DNA of 64,000 nucleotides from Pseudomonadota bacterium. Lineage in GTDB: Bacteria; Pseudomonadota; Alphaproteobacteria; Micavibrionales; CSBR16-224. The notes under the pieces were generated by a model, which was not told the DNA's origin, made no database searches, and was given only the letters and a program-made list of their open reading frames with translations. The position numbers were made by a program, and so were the translations under genes. The stretch covers positions 192,870 to 256,869 of the forward strand of contig CP053449.1 of NCBI GenBank assembly GCA_013285465.1, given 5' to 3'. Each line of letters begins with the position of its first letter. Position 1 is the stretch's first letter. Below, one piece after another: positions 10,876-19,918 of this stretch.

Positions 10876-11591
10876 AATGTTTTGCGGGTTTCACGTTTTT
10901 TGCGGATAAGGGATGTCAGCAATTCTGCGGGGCTGTCGGTTTTTGTGCTGTCGCGGGTGAAGTGCTGGGCGAAGGCATCCTGCAGGGTTTCCAGCGGCAG
11001 ATCGGGATTATAGCCGAATTTTGCGAAAAGCTTTGTCAGCCCGCCTTCCTCTTTCAGGGCTGCGGCGGCGCGGGTTTTGTCTTCTTCCGTGACATCGGGC
11101 CAGATGCCGATATTTCTTTTAGCCAGAAATTCCCAGTCGAATAACTCACCGGGGTCGCGCTTGCGCCCGGGGGCAATATCGGAATGTGCCAGCACATTTG
11201 CGGCGGGGATATCATGCCGCACCATGATTTCTTGGCACAGGGCGGTGACGGCTTCCATTTGCTCCGCGGGAAATTCACGGTAGCCGTTGCTGTGCCCCGG
11301 ATTCTGGATTTCAATGCCGATGGAGTGGGAGTTGATATCGGTTTTGCCGTCCCAATAGGATTTCCCCGCATGCCATGCGCGTTTTTCTTCTTCGACAAGC
11401 TGATAAATCGTGCCGTCTTCATCGACAAGGTAATGGGCGCTGACTTCCGTTTCCGGATTTTGCAGGATGGATAATGCCTCGAAAGCCGATTTGGTATCGG
11501 TGTAATGCAGGATCAGCATATCCGGCGCGTTCTGCCCATCGGGCAGGTTACGGCTGTTTGCATTGGGTGACGGGCTGTCGATAATGTCCAT
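10872..11591 (-). CDS. N-acetylmuramoyl-L-alanine amidase (Amidase_2 / AmpD family)
   Basis: LILHYT, SAHYLVDEDG, AWHAGKSYW and SIGIEIQNPGH. I use the internal Met (MDIIDSPS, complement 11591), which removes the 41-bp overlap with the upstream phosphorylase gene that the track start 11636 would create. Confidence 0.8.
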   Translation of the reverse strand: MDIIDSPSPNANSRNLPDGQNAPDMLILHYTDTKSAFEALSILQNPETEVSAHYLVDEDGTIYQLVEEEKRAWHAGKSYWDGKTDINSHSIGIEIQNPGHSNGYREFPAEQMEAVTALCQEIMVRHDIPAANVLAHSDIAPGRKRDPGELFDWEFLAKRNIGIWPDVTEEDKTRAAAALKEEGGLTKLFAKFGYNPDLPLETLQDAFAQHFTRDSTKTDSPAELLTSLIRKKRETRKTF

Positions 11592-11595
11592 AGGC

Positions 11596-12462
11596 TCAAG
11601 CGGCGGCCAAAGCGGTGTTGTGAAAGCGCACGACAAAATCCTCGATCAATGCCGTCAGATTCTGATGTGCCAGTTTTGCACCGGACAGCGTATGTTCATG
11701 GCTGAGCGTTTCATCACGCATGCCTGCCGCCATATTGGTAATAACGGCACAGCCAAGGACGCTTAAACCGCAATGTACGGCCAGAATACATTCCGGCACG
11801 GCGGACATGCCGACGGCATCGGCACCGATCGTGCGCGCCATGCGGATTTCGGCAGGGGTTTCAAAACAAGGGCCGCGGAAGGCCGCCAGCACGCCTTCAT
11901 AAAGACGCAGATCGATCTTGTCGGCGGAATCTTTCAGTGCGGCGCGCAGCGTTTTATTCCATGCGCCTGTCATGGCGGGGAAACGCGGACCGAATTCATC
12001 CTCGTTTTCGCCCAGCAACGGATTAATGCCCATCAGATTGATATGATCCATAATGGCCATGATTGAGCCGGGGGGCATGTCATCATGCAGGCTGCCGCAG
12101 GAGCTGGTTGTCATCAGCGTCTCCACACCTGCCGCTTTCAGCGTACGGATCATGGTTTTCAGCGGCAGGAAGTCACTGGTTTCGCCTGCGGCGCCGATTT
12201 CATAGGTGTGGACGCGTCCCTTTAGACAGATCAGCGGTACGCCGTCCAGCTCGCCTGCGACCAGATCGCCGCTATGGCCTTCGACCGTCAGCACCGGAAA
12301 GCCGGGCAGGTCTTTATAGGGAATGGTGACGGCATTTTCCAGCTTATCCGCAAAACTGCCAAGGCCGGAGCCGAGGATGATGGCGAGACGCGGCATGTCT
12401 CCTTTGATTGTCTGTTGGATAATCTCCGCTGATTTTTTGACATTCCGGCTATGCTGGGTCAT
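11596..12462 (-). CDS. purine nucleoside phosphorylase (PunA/trimeric type)
   Basis: PRLAIILGSGLG, GFPVLTVEGHSG, LKGRVHTYE and GADAVGMSAVPE. Confidence 0.85.
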   Translation of the reverse strand: MTQHSRNVKKSAEIIQQTIKGDMPRLAIILGSGLGSFADKLENAVTIPYKDLPGFPVLTVEGHSGDLVAGELDGVPLICLKGRVHTYEIGAAGETSDFLPLKTMIRTLKAAGVETLMTTSSCGSLHDDMPPGSIMAIMDHINLMGINPLLGENEDEFGPRFPAMTGAWNKTLRAALKDSADKIDLRLYEGVLAAFRGPCFETPAEIRMARTIGADAVGMSAVPECILAVHCGLSVLGCAVITNMAAGMRDETLSHEHTLSGAKLAHQNLTALIEDFVVRFHNTALAAA

Positions 12463-12495
12463 GGCGCGTCCTTTTCGGTTTGGTGGGTGTCGTGG

Positions 12496-13581
12496 TCAGT
12501 TTTTTAAAATCTCGCCGAGGGCACGGCATAGTTCTTTGTTTTCGTCTTCCAGTCCGACGGTAATGCGCAGATGTTCCGCCAAACCGTAAGCGCCCATCTG
12601 GCGGATGAAGATGCCCTGATTGCGCAGTTTTTGGCGGATATTTTCCGCCTCCGCACCGAAATCAGCCAGCAGGAAATTGCCGGCGCTGGGCTGTGTGCCG
12701 ATGCCCAGTTTTTGCAGTTCTTCCGCCAGCCATGCCCGCCACTGCGTGTTATGCGCGATGGATTGCTGCAGAAAATCATGGTCGGAGAGTGCAGCAATAC
12801 CGACAATCTGGGCAACGGCATTGACGTTAAAAGGGCCGCGGACGCGGTTGATGACGTCAGCGACATCGGCGGGGAAATATCCCCAGCCAAGGCGCAATCC
12901 GGCAAGGCCGTAAATTTTTGAGAAAGTGCGCAGCATCACGACATTGCCATATGTGTCGACCAGCTTTTCGCCGCTTTCGTAGGTCGGCAGGCTTTCGGCA
13001 AATTCCGCATAGGCGGCGTCAATCACCAGCAGCACATGCTCGGGCAGGTTTTCGCGCAGGCGTTTGATTTCCGAAGACGGCAGATAGCTGCCGGTCGGGT
13101 TGTTCGGATTGGCCAGAAACAGCAGTTTCGTTTTATCCGTGACCTTGGCGAGCAGCGCATCGACATCGGCGGTCAGGTTCTGTTCTTCGGCGTAAACCGG
13201 TGTGGCGCCGACGGCTTTTGCGCCGATCGCATACATCAGAAAACCGTGACGGCTGTAGAGGACCTCGTCACCGACGCCTGCATAGGCACGGATCAGCAGA
13301 GAAATCAGCTCATCCGATCCCGCGCCGCAGACGATTTTGTCTTTATCCAGATTGTAGGTTGTGGAAATGGCCGTGCGCAAGGCGGCGGCGCTGCCGTCGG
13401 GATAGCGGTGCAGTTCACCCGCATGACCCAGATAGGCGGCTTTGGCCAGCGGGCTGCAACCGAGCGCATTTTCATTGGAGGCCAGGCGGATAAAACGTGT
13501 GATGCCTTCGATTTTTGCCTCGCCGCCGATATAGGGATTGATCTCCATAATGCCGGGTTTCGGTTTGCGTAACGCGCTCAT
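12496..13581 (-). CDS. hisC: histidinol-phosphate aminotransferase
   Basis: Class-II aminotransferase with LASNENALG near the N-terminus, NPNNPTG, and the PLP-lysine motif RTFSKIYGLAGLRLGW. Confidence 0.9.
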   Translation of the reverse strand: MSALRKPKPGIMEINPYIGGEAKIEGITRFIRLASNENALGCSPLAKAAYLGHAGELHRYPDGSAAALRTAISTTYNLDKDKIVCGAGSDELISLLIRAYAGVGDEVLYSRHGFLMYAIGAKAVGATPVYAEEQNLTADVDALLAKVTDKTKLLFLANPNNPTGSYLPSSEIKRLRENLPEHVLLVIDAAYAEFAESLPTYESGEKLVDTYGNVVMLRTFSKIYGLAGLRLGWGYFPADVADVINRVRGPFNVNAVAQIVGIAALSDHDFLQQSIAHNTQWRAWLAEELQKLGIGTQPSAGNFLLADFGAEAENIRQKLRNQGIFIRQMGAYGLAEHLRITVGLEDENKELCRALGEILKN

Positions 13582-13740
13582 ATCTCTGCCTCTTTCCTGC
13601 TAATCTTTTACGCCCCAGAAATAGCGCAATTCCGCGCATTGTTCAAGCTTTATGACAGCACTCATTCATCAACATTTTGTTAACGCATTTCCTGTATCAT
13701 ATAACTGTACAAATTTTATTTCTGTGGGATTGCCAAGAAG

Positions 13741-14691
13741 ATGTTTCAAAAACTATGTCTTGATAAAGATTATCTGCGGCAGGTTTTCTCCTTCATTATC
13801 TACAACAAAATTGTGGATAATCTCGACAGCCAGATCGAGATGCTGGAAGAGCTTTTTTCCGTCGATAACTGGGCGGGGCGGCTGGATGAAATGGAAGATT
13901 TATGGCACAGCATCCCGATGCCGAAAATGACGCGGGATGCCTTTGATTTTATCGGTGCAAAACGCTGCGTTTCCTATGATATGGGGCAGGAGTTGCGCGA
14001 AGACCGCTTAAAAAAATACGGTATTGATTATAACGATATTCCGCATATGTTTTCAGACCCTGACAAATTTATGGCGGTTTTTTCAAAATTGCAGATGTAT
14101 GGCGACGGTTTGAAAAAATCGGATTTGTTCCTGCTGGATAAAAACGGTGAGAACGCCATGTGTCAAAAGGGAACATGGAATAATTTTAATCTGGTGCTGG
14201 AGCTGTTATCCCGCAACGGTGAAACGCTTGCAAAAGATGATTTTCTGAAATGTAAGGGGCGCATGAATGCGCCTTTGGCTTATGCGGCGTGGAACGGCTG
14301 TCTGGATAAGGTTTTTGCGCCGGAGCTTTGGCACGGACGCAGAGAGGAAATGATGGCGCTGTGGGGTTACGTCAAGCCGGCATGGACGGTCGGGATTGAT
14401 ATTTTCGAGGTGAAAAACAATACCCGCAGCCCGTTGATGAATGCGGCTTACCGTGCATGGACGGGACTGAAAGCTTTATGCGGCATCCGGGAGCTCAAGA
14501 CCGAAACGTCCGAGGACATCTTTCTGCGTTTCTGTGAGGGTCTCAAGGGAGAAATCTGCAATCAGGTCGTTAAAAACGCGAAACCAATTAATCTGTGCCT
14601 GAAGATGGAGAAAAATCGATCCCATCCCCAAAGCTGCACGATCCATAAAAACGAATTCCCGCGGCACCTTCAACCCGCCAATATTGCGTAA
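13741..14691 (+). CDS. orphan hypothetical protein (AT-richer than neighbours); its 3' 216 nt run antisense through the converging kinase gene
   Basis: 316-aa ORF with no family recognised. There is a faint ankyrin-like flavour (NAPLAYAAWNGCLDKVF, GENAMCQKG...LVLELL). The last ~72 codons overlap 14476..14691 of the minus-strand ABC1 gene. Confidence 0.45.
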   Translation: MFQKLCLDKDYLRQVFSFIIYNKIVDNLDSQIEMLEELFSVDNWAGRLDEMEDLWHSIPMPKMTRDAFDFIGAKRCVSYDMGQELREDRLKKYGIDYNDIPHMFSDPDKFMAVFSKLQMYGDGLKKSDLFLLDKNGENAMCQKGTWNNFNLVLELLSRNGETLAKDDFLKCKGRMNAPLAYAAWNGCLDKVFAPELWHGRREEMMALWGYVKPAWTVGIDIFEVKNNTRSPLMNAAYRAWTGLKALCGIRELKTETSEDIFLRFCEGLKGEICNQVVKNAKPINLCLKMEKNRSHPQSCTIHKNEFPRHLQPANIA

Positions 14692-15846
14692 TTCCTTATG
14701 AACTTTTGAGGCGACGTCACGCCCGTAAACCGTTTCACCGAGTTCGCCGATCGGACGTTTCTTGTCTTCCAGTATCGGACTGTACAGGAAACGCGCCCAG
14801 ATATTCAGCACATCCACCAGCTCTTTTGTCAGATTTTCAAAACCCCAGTTGCGGTAGGCTTGCGCAGCCATGTCTTCATCATCATTTTGCAGGGCGCGGT
14901 ACAACATAATCACACCGGCGACAAAACGCGGCGGAAAAATGCGGATACAGCCAAAATCCAGCAGATTGATTGACAGGTCTTTTTGCACGGTGTAATTGCC
15001 CGGATGCGGATCGCCGTGGATAATGCCGTAATTATACAAGGGAATATACCAGGCGCGGAACAGATTCATGGCAAGCGCATCGCGTGTTTCCTGCGGCGCG
15101 GTTTTGAAATCAAGAATTTTTCCGCCGTCATGCCAGATAGAGGTCAAAAGCCGCCCTGTGGACAATTCCTCGAGCACATCAGGGACGTGCACCGTATTTT
15201 CATGCCGCAGCATATGGGCATAGAGACGCTGGTGACGTGCTTCGCGGCGGTAATCCAGCTCTTCATACAGCCTCTCGGAGATTTCCTTATAGATTTCTTC
15301 GGGCGAGATGGAGTTATCGTATTTCTGAAAGATGCGGAAAATCAGTTTCAGCTGCTTCAAATCGGCGGCAACCGCGCTTTCCATGTCAGGATATTGCAAT
15401 TTGCAGGCAATATTTTGTCCCGCAAGGGTGACGGCTTTGTGAACCTGACCGAGGGAGGCTGCTGCCGCGGCTTCTCTGTCAAAACTCTTGAATTTGCTTT
15501 GCCAGTCGCGTCCCAGCTCGGCCGCCATACGGCGGCGTACAAAGGGCCATCCCATTGGCGGGGCGTCGGCCTGCAGGCTTTGCAGCTCTTGCGCGTATTC
15601 CTGCGGCAGTGCCTGCGGAATGGTGGAAAGAAGTTGTGCGACTTTTAGAAGAGGGCCTTTCAGATTGCCGAGTGCTTGCGTTAACTGTATGGCGTGTTTG
15701 TCGCGGTTAATACCGATGCCGAGATATTTCTCGCCTGCCAGCCTAGCGGCCAGCCCGCCCATTGTTGTCGAAACGCGGGCATAACGGCTCAAGCGTCCGG
15801 ATGCGGTCGATTTCTCCGTTTCGTCTGCGCCGTCATTTTTTGACAT
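14476..15846 (-). CDS. ABC1/UbiB-family atypical protein kinase
   Basis: AAAASLGQVHKA, IIHGDPHPGNY and INLLDFGCIR; 456 aa. Confidence 0.85.
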   Translation of the reverse strand: MSKNDGADETEKSTASGRLSRYARVSTTMGGLAARLAGEKYLGIGINRDKHAIQLTQALGNLKGPLLKVAQLLSTIPQALPQEYAQELQSLQADAPPMGWPFVRRRMAAELGRDWQSKFKSFDREAAAAASLGQVHKAVTLAGQNIACKLQYPDMESAVAADLKQLKLIFRIFQKYDNSISPEEIYKEISERLYEELDYRREARHQRLYAHMLRHENTVHVPDVLEELSTGRLLTSIWHDGGKILDFKTAPQETRDALAMNLFRAWYIPLYNYGIIHGDPHPGNYTVQKDLSINLLDFGCIRIFPPRFVAGVIMLYRALQNDDEDMAAQAYRNWGFENLTKELVDVLNIWARFLYSPILEDKKRPIGELGETVYGRDVASKVHKELRNIGGLKVPREFVFMDRAALGMGSIFLHLQAQINWFRVFNDLIADFSLETLTETQKDVLGRFGLELPDAA

Positions 15847-15866
15847 GATGTTGGTTTATCCGTTAT

Positions 15867-16658
15867 TTACAGCTCGATCTTGACCATATGCTGTGTCAGT
15901 TCCTTATCGGCAAAAACATCCATTTCCAACAGTTGCCCGTTAAAAATGACTTCCTCCTGATCCGTTCCGGAGGTGCGGATATCGGCGATGGCATCCAGCC
16001 GTACACGGAAACGGATATGGACTTTACGCGTGTTGGTTCTCTCGTGCGGCTGTACAATACTGACAAATTTTTCCGCCTCTTTCGGTGTCATCGGAATTTC
16101 TTTGAAATTGATGGCACTTGGCAACCGGACGCTGAAAGAGGTCGGCAGGTGTACGGCAATAAACTGCTTTGATTTACCAAATGCATGGGAGCAGTTCTTT
16201 TCACCGCGTTGTGATTGTGTACTGTAACGGAAAATATTCAAAAGGCGAATGCCTTGAAGCGAGGCATTCTCGTTCAAAGGAAAGATTTCTTTTTCAAAAT
16301 CGTAAGGGTCAAGCTCCACGGAGCCGCTGAATTCGAAATAGCTGAAATATTCGCGGTCAAGGCGGTTGATCGACATATTCATATTTTCGCGGACTTTACG
16401 CCATTCGAATTCGTTATTGTAATATTCCACAACAAGCGGGCAGGCGAAAATCCGCGCATAACCGTCAATGTTTTTCGCGGGTCTGTTATCGGCGGGTTGG
16501 GACAGAAGATAAGTTGTAATAAGGGCATTGTAATTTGCGATAATATATCCTGTGCCGATTTCGGCGAAAGCCTGCGCTGCGGCATCACGGGCAGGCGAGG
16601 CGGCGGTCATTGTGACAGCCAGAACACAGGATATTAGGAAATTACGCAACAGTTTCAT
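15867..16658 (-). CDS. secreted hypothetical protein
   Basis: N-terminal signal peptide MKLLRNFLISCVLAVTMTAASPARDAAAQA. No catalytic motif recognised. Confidence 0.55.
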   Translation of the reverse strand: MKLLRNFLISCVLAVTMTAASPARDAAAQAFAEIGTGYIIANYNALITTYLLSQPADNRPAKNIDGYARIFACPLVVEYYNNEFEWRKVRENMNMSINRLDREYFSYFEFSGSVELDPYDFEKEIFPLNENASLQGIRLLNIFRYSTQSQRGEKNCSHAFGKSKQFIAVHLPTSFSVRLPSAINFKEIPMTPKEAEKFVSIVQPHERTNTRKVHIRFRVRLDAIADIRTSGTDQEEVIFNGQLLEMDVFADKELTQHMVKIEL

Positions 16659-16723
16659 CAGATCGTCCTTTTATTGTCCCTTTCGGATTCCATACACTTC
16701 AATAAGCTACAATGAATATTCTA

Positions 16724-17827
16724 TCACAGGAAAGATTTATTTTCTTTTAAAGTATGGTCATGGAGTTTTTTCATGACGCTGGGAAGGGCGTATTTATGCA
16801 GGTCTTTTTCTGCGGCCCAAAACAGGGAACCGGAAAGAGTTGTTTCAGGAACGGAGCCTGCCCAGACGGTCAAATGCAGGGTGAAATGGGTAAAATGATG
16901 CGTGACCCGGCCGGGCAGTTTTCTGAAAACGGCAGGAATATGACCGGGCAGCGGAAAATGCGCGAGAATATCCTGTTCCTTTTTATAAATACTGTCCCGC
17001 CACGGTGTGGAGGGGAATTCCACCATACCGCCGAGAAGACCGCTTTCAGGGCGTTTTTGCAAGAGCAGTTTTCCGCTGTTTTCCGCCGATAAAAAGAAAG
17101 CGGTTCCGTGACGTTCGGGTTTTACCTGTTTTGGCGCGCGTTTTGGCAAATCTGCGGCAATTCCCTGTTGATGCGCCAGACATGTCTTTTGCCACGGACA
17201 GGCGGGGCAGGCGGGTTTTGTCGGGGTGCAGAGGGTCGCTCCCAGCTCCATTAAGGCCTGTGTCAGATCACCGGCGTTTTTATCATCCGCATAAGCAAGC
17301 CGTTCAGCGAAAGATTTCAGTTGTTTTTTATTATCGCGGATCGGCGTGGTAATGGCGTGATAGCGCGTAAGAACACGCTCGACATTGCCGTCAACGGCGG
17401 CGGCGGGGATATTTAAAGCGATAGAGGTAATAGCGGCCGCCGTATAGGGTCCGATACCGGGCAGTTTTTGCAGTTCTTCCGCCGTGGCGGGAAATTCCCC
17501 GCCATAATCCTGTGTGACGGTTTGGGCGCATTTATGAAGATTGCGGGCGCGGGCGTAATAGCCAAGTCCCGCCCATGCCGTCAATACATCATCCAGCGGT
17601 GCGGCGGCGAGGTCTTCAATGCGGGGCCATTGCCGTATAAATTTCAGGAAATAGGGAATAACGGCTTTTACAACGGTTTGTTGCAGCATGATTTCCGACA
17701 GCCAGACATGATAGGCAGGCGGCGGCGGTGTTCCGGGAGGGCTACGCCAGGGCAGGCTGCGATGGTGGAGCCCGTACCATGTCAGAACGGTGTTACGCAG
17801 ATTTTTATCACTTGCGGCGGCGGTCAT
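16724..17827 (-). CDS. mutY: A/G-specific adenine DNA glycosylase
   Basis: HhH-GPD element LPGIGPYTAAAITSIA, an Fe-S loop C-x6-C-x2-C-x5-C (CTPTKPACPACPWQKTC), and a C-terminal NUDIX-like domain. Confidence 0.93.
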   Translation of the reverse strand: MTAAASDKNLRNTVLTWYGLHHRSLPWRSPPGTPPPPAYHVWLSEIMLQQTVVKAVIPYFLKFIRQWPRIEDLAAAPLDDVLTAWAGLGYYARARNLHKCAQTVTQDYGGEFPATAEELQKLPGIGPYTAAAITSIALNIPAAAVDGNVERVLTRYHAITTPIRDNKKQLKSFAERLAYADDKNAGDLTQALMELGATLCTPTKPACPACPWQKTCLAHQQGIAADLPKRAPKQVKPERHGTAFFLSAENSGKLLLQKRPESGLLGGMVEFPSTPWRDSIYKKEQDILAHFPLPGHIPAVFRKLPGRVTHHFTHFTLHLTVWAGSVPETTLSGSLFWAAEKDLHKYALPSVMKKLHDHTLKENKSFL

Positions 17828-17885
17828 TATATTTCTCTGGATTTCTCTCTGGTATTGCAGGCTATCATTCCACTATAATGCGCGG

Positions 17886-18387
17886 ATGTCAAAGCCCCGT
17901 TCCATAGCCGATTTTGTGCCGAAACTGACCGAAAACGCGTTCGGAAAGAAATCCGCGTTGCTGGGAAAACTGATGGTGCATTGGGATGATATTGCCGGGC
18001 CGGTGCTGGCGGAAAATGTCAAACCCGCAGAGCTGCAGCACCGGACAAGCAAGCAGAAGGACGGTAAAAGACAGCAAAATGTCGTGCTGGCGCTTTATGT
18101 GCGTGACGGCGGCACGGCGCTGGAAATGCAATACCAGACCCATGCAGCTGCTGGAAAAGATCAATATGTTCTGCGGTTATAATGCCGTCGCGGAATTGCG
18201 TTTTGTGCAGGCTCCTGAAGCCTTTTTGCCGCAAAAGCCTTTGGAAAAAGCTCGTCCGCCATTGCCGGAGGAAAAGAAACGGCAAATTCACGAGATGGTC
18301 GAGGGGGCCGGTATTGAAGATGCGGAGCTGCGCGCGGCATTGGAACGGCTGGGCGAGGGGGTTTTCTCGCAATACCGGGAATCGTGA
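17886..18387 (+). pseudogene. DUF721 (DciA-family) gene interrupted by a +1 frameshift near 18138-18142
   Basis: Frame A (17886..18182) gives MSKPRSIADFVPKLTENAFGKKSALLGKLMVHWDDIAGPVLAENVKPAELQ...VVLALYVRDGGTALEMQYQT and then junk plus a stop. Frame B (+1) continues MQLLEKINMFCGYNAVAELRFVQAPE... to 18387. Joined, they reproduce the contiguous DUF721 pattern. Divergent from mutY, as is common in Alphaproteobacteria. Confidence 0.7.
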
Positions 18388-18462
18388 TAGGGATTGCAAG
18401 CCGGGGCGCAAAATGTTATGAGAAACCTTGACGAAACGCCCAATCAATAAGAGGTCACCAAG

Positions 18463-19029
18463 ATGAAAGTCAGCGCTATTACGATACGCCCCGGCAACGT
18501 ACTCGAATATAACGAGAAACTGTGGGTCGTATTGAAAAACGATATTATTCAGCCCGGTAAGGGGGCGGCTGTTGTCCAGGTGGAAATGCGCGATCTTTCC
18601 AGCGGTAACAAAACCAATGTCCGTTTCCGCACACAGGAGACTGTGGAGCGCGCCCGCGTGGATGAGGTTGAATATCAATTCCTGTTTGAAACCGATGGTG
18701 ATTATGCCTTTATGAATGTTGAAAATTACGAGCAAATTACGATTTCCAGCGATCTGATCGGTGATCCCAAGGTCTTTTTGCAGGATGGTATGATTGTGCA
18801 GGTGCAAATTCACGACGGTAACCCGCTGGGTGTTGCTCTGCCTGATCAGGTCACGATGCAGATTGTCGAGGCTGATCCTGTTGTGAAGGGCCAGACGGCT
18901 TCTTCCTCTTATAAACCGGCAGTGCTGGAAAACGGCGTGCGCGTGATGGTGCCGCCGCATATTGAAAGCGGAACGCGTATCGTTGTGAAAACCGCCGATA
19001 ACAGCTATGTTGAACGCGCGAAAGATTAA
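18463..19029 (+). CDS. efp: elongation factor P
   Basis: 188 aa: [23 protein letters not shown]...[15 protein letters not shown]. Confidence 0.96.
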   Translation: MKVSAITIRPGNVLEYNEKLWVVLKNDIIQPGKGAAVVQVEMRDLSSGNKTNVRFRTQETVERARVDEVEYQFLFETDGDYAFMNVENYEQITISSDLIGDPKVFLQDGMIVQVQIHDGNPLGVALPDQVTMQIVEADPVVKGQTASSSYKPAVLENGVRVMVPPHIESGTRIVVKTADNSYVERAKD

Positions 19030-19035
19030 AAAACA

Positions 19036-19863
19036 ATGAGAAACGCACAATATTCCCCGAATATCGCTGTCATGATCCGTGCGGCGGAAAAAGCATCCCG
19101 CGGCCTTGTACGCGATTTCGGAGAAGTGGAGCAGCTTCAGGTTTCACGTAAAGGTCCTGCCGATTTTGTCTCCGCCGCTGATATCCGCGCGGAAAAGACC
19201 ATTTTTGAAGAGCTGGATAAAGCGCGCCCCGGCTATGGCTTTCTGATGGAAGAACAGGGAAAGCGCGCTCCGAAAGACGGGCATGAATCGATCTGGGTGA
19301 TTGACCCGCTGGACGGGACAACGAATTTTCTGCACGGCTTGCCGCATTGGGCGGTATCAATTGCGCTGGAAGTGAAAGGCGAGATTACCTGCGGCGTGAT
19401 TTACGACCCTGTGAAGGATGAATTATTCTGGGCGGAAAAAGGGCGCGGCGCCTATATGAATAACCGCCGGTTGCGCGTTTCGGGACGCGGCGAGATGTCG
19501 GATGCGGTAATCGCGCTGGGAACACCGGCGATCGGGAAGGAAGACGATGATTATGCCGTTTTTCTGGAGCAACTGGATGCGGTTGTCCGCCGTACGGCAT
19601 CAACACGCCGTATGGGGGCGGCCAGTCTGGATCTGGCTTATGTGGCGGCAGGACGTTTTGACGGTTTCTGGGAAACCGGCCTGCAGGCATGGGATGTTGC
19701 CGCAGGTGCACTGATTATCAAGGAAGCGGGCGGCTTTGTCACGGATATGGACGGCAAAGCCGGACATATCTATGGCGGCAGTGTTGTCGCAGGAAACGGC
19801 CAGTTACAGCGGCAATTGCTGGAACTTGTCGCGCGTCCGAAAAAGGCAAAAGCGTCCGCCTGA
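19036..19863 (+). CDS. suhB: inositol monophosphatase family protein
   Basis: WVIDPLDGTTNFLHG and WDVAAGALI motifs; 275 aa. Confidence 0.9.
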   Translation: MRNAQYSPNIAVMIRAAEKASRGLVRDFGEVEQLQVSRKGPADFVSAADIRAEKTIFEELDKARPGYGFLMEEQGKRAPKDGHESIWVIDPLDGTTNFLHGLPHWAVSIALEVKGEITCGVIYDPVKDELFWAEKGRGAYMNNRRLRVSGRGEMSDAVIALGTPAIGKEDDDYAVFLEQLDAVVRRTASTRRMGAASLDLAYVAAGRFDGFWETGLQAWDVAAGALIIKEAGGFVTDMDGKAGHIYGGSVVAGNGQLQRQLLELVARPKKAKASA

Positions 19864-19918
19864 TTTTGAAGAATAAGAAATTTTATTTTATTGATGAAAA
19901 AAACCGGAGAATGAAAAG

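Noticed and set aside
11596-11636. 41-bp overlap between the amidase and phosphorylase genes
   Set aside because: The overlap disappears if the amidase starts at the internal Met (complement 11591). The first 15 track codons are not part of the conserved amidase fold.
18019-19050. 343-aa minus-strand ORF covering the DUF721 3' end and efp
   Set aside because: It is antisense to efp, whose identification is unambiguous. The sequence looks non-protein-like.
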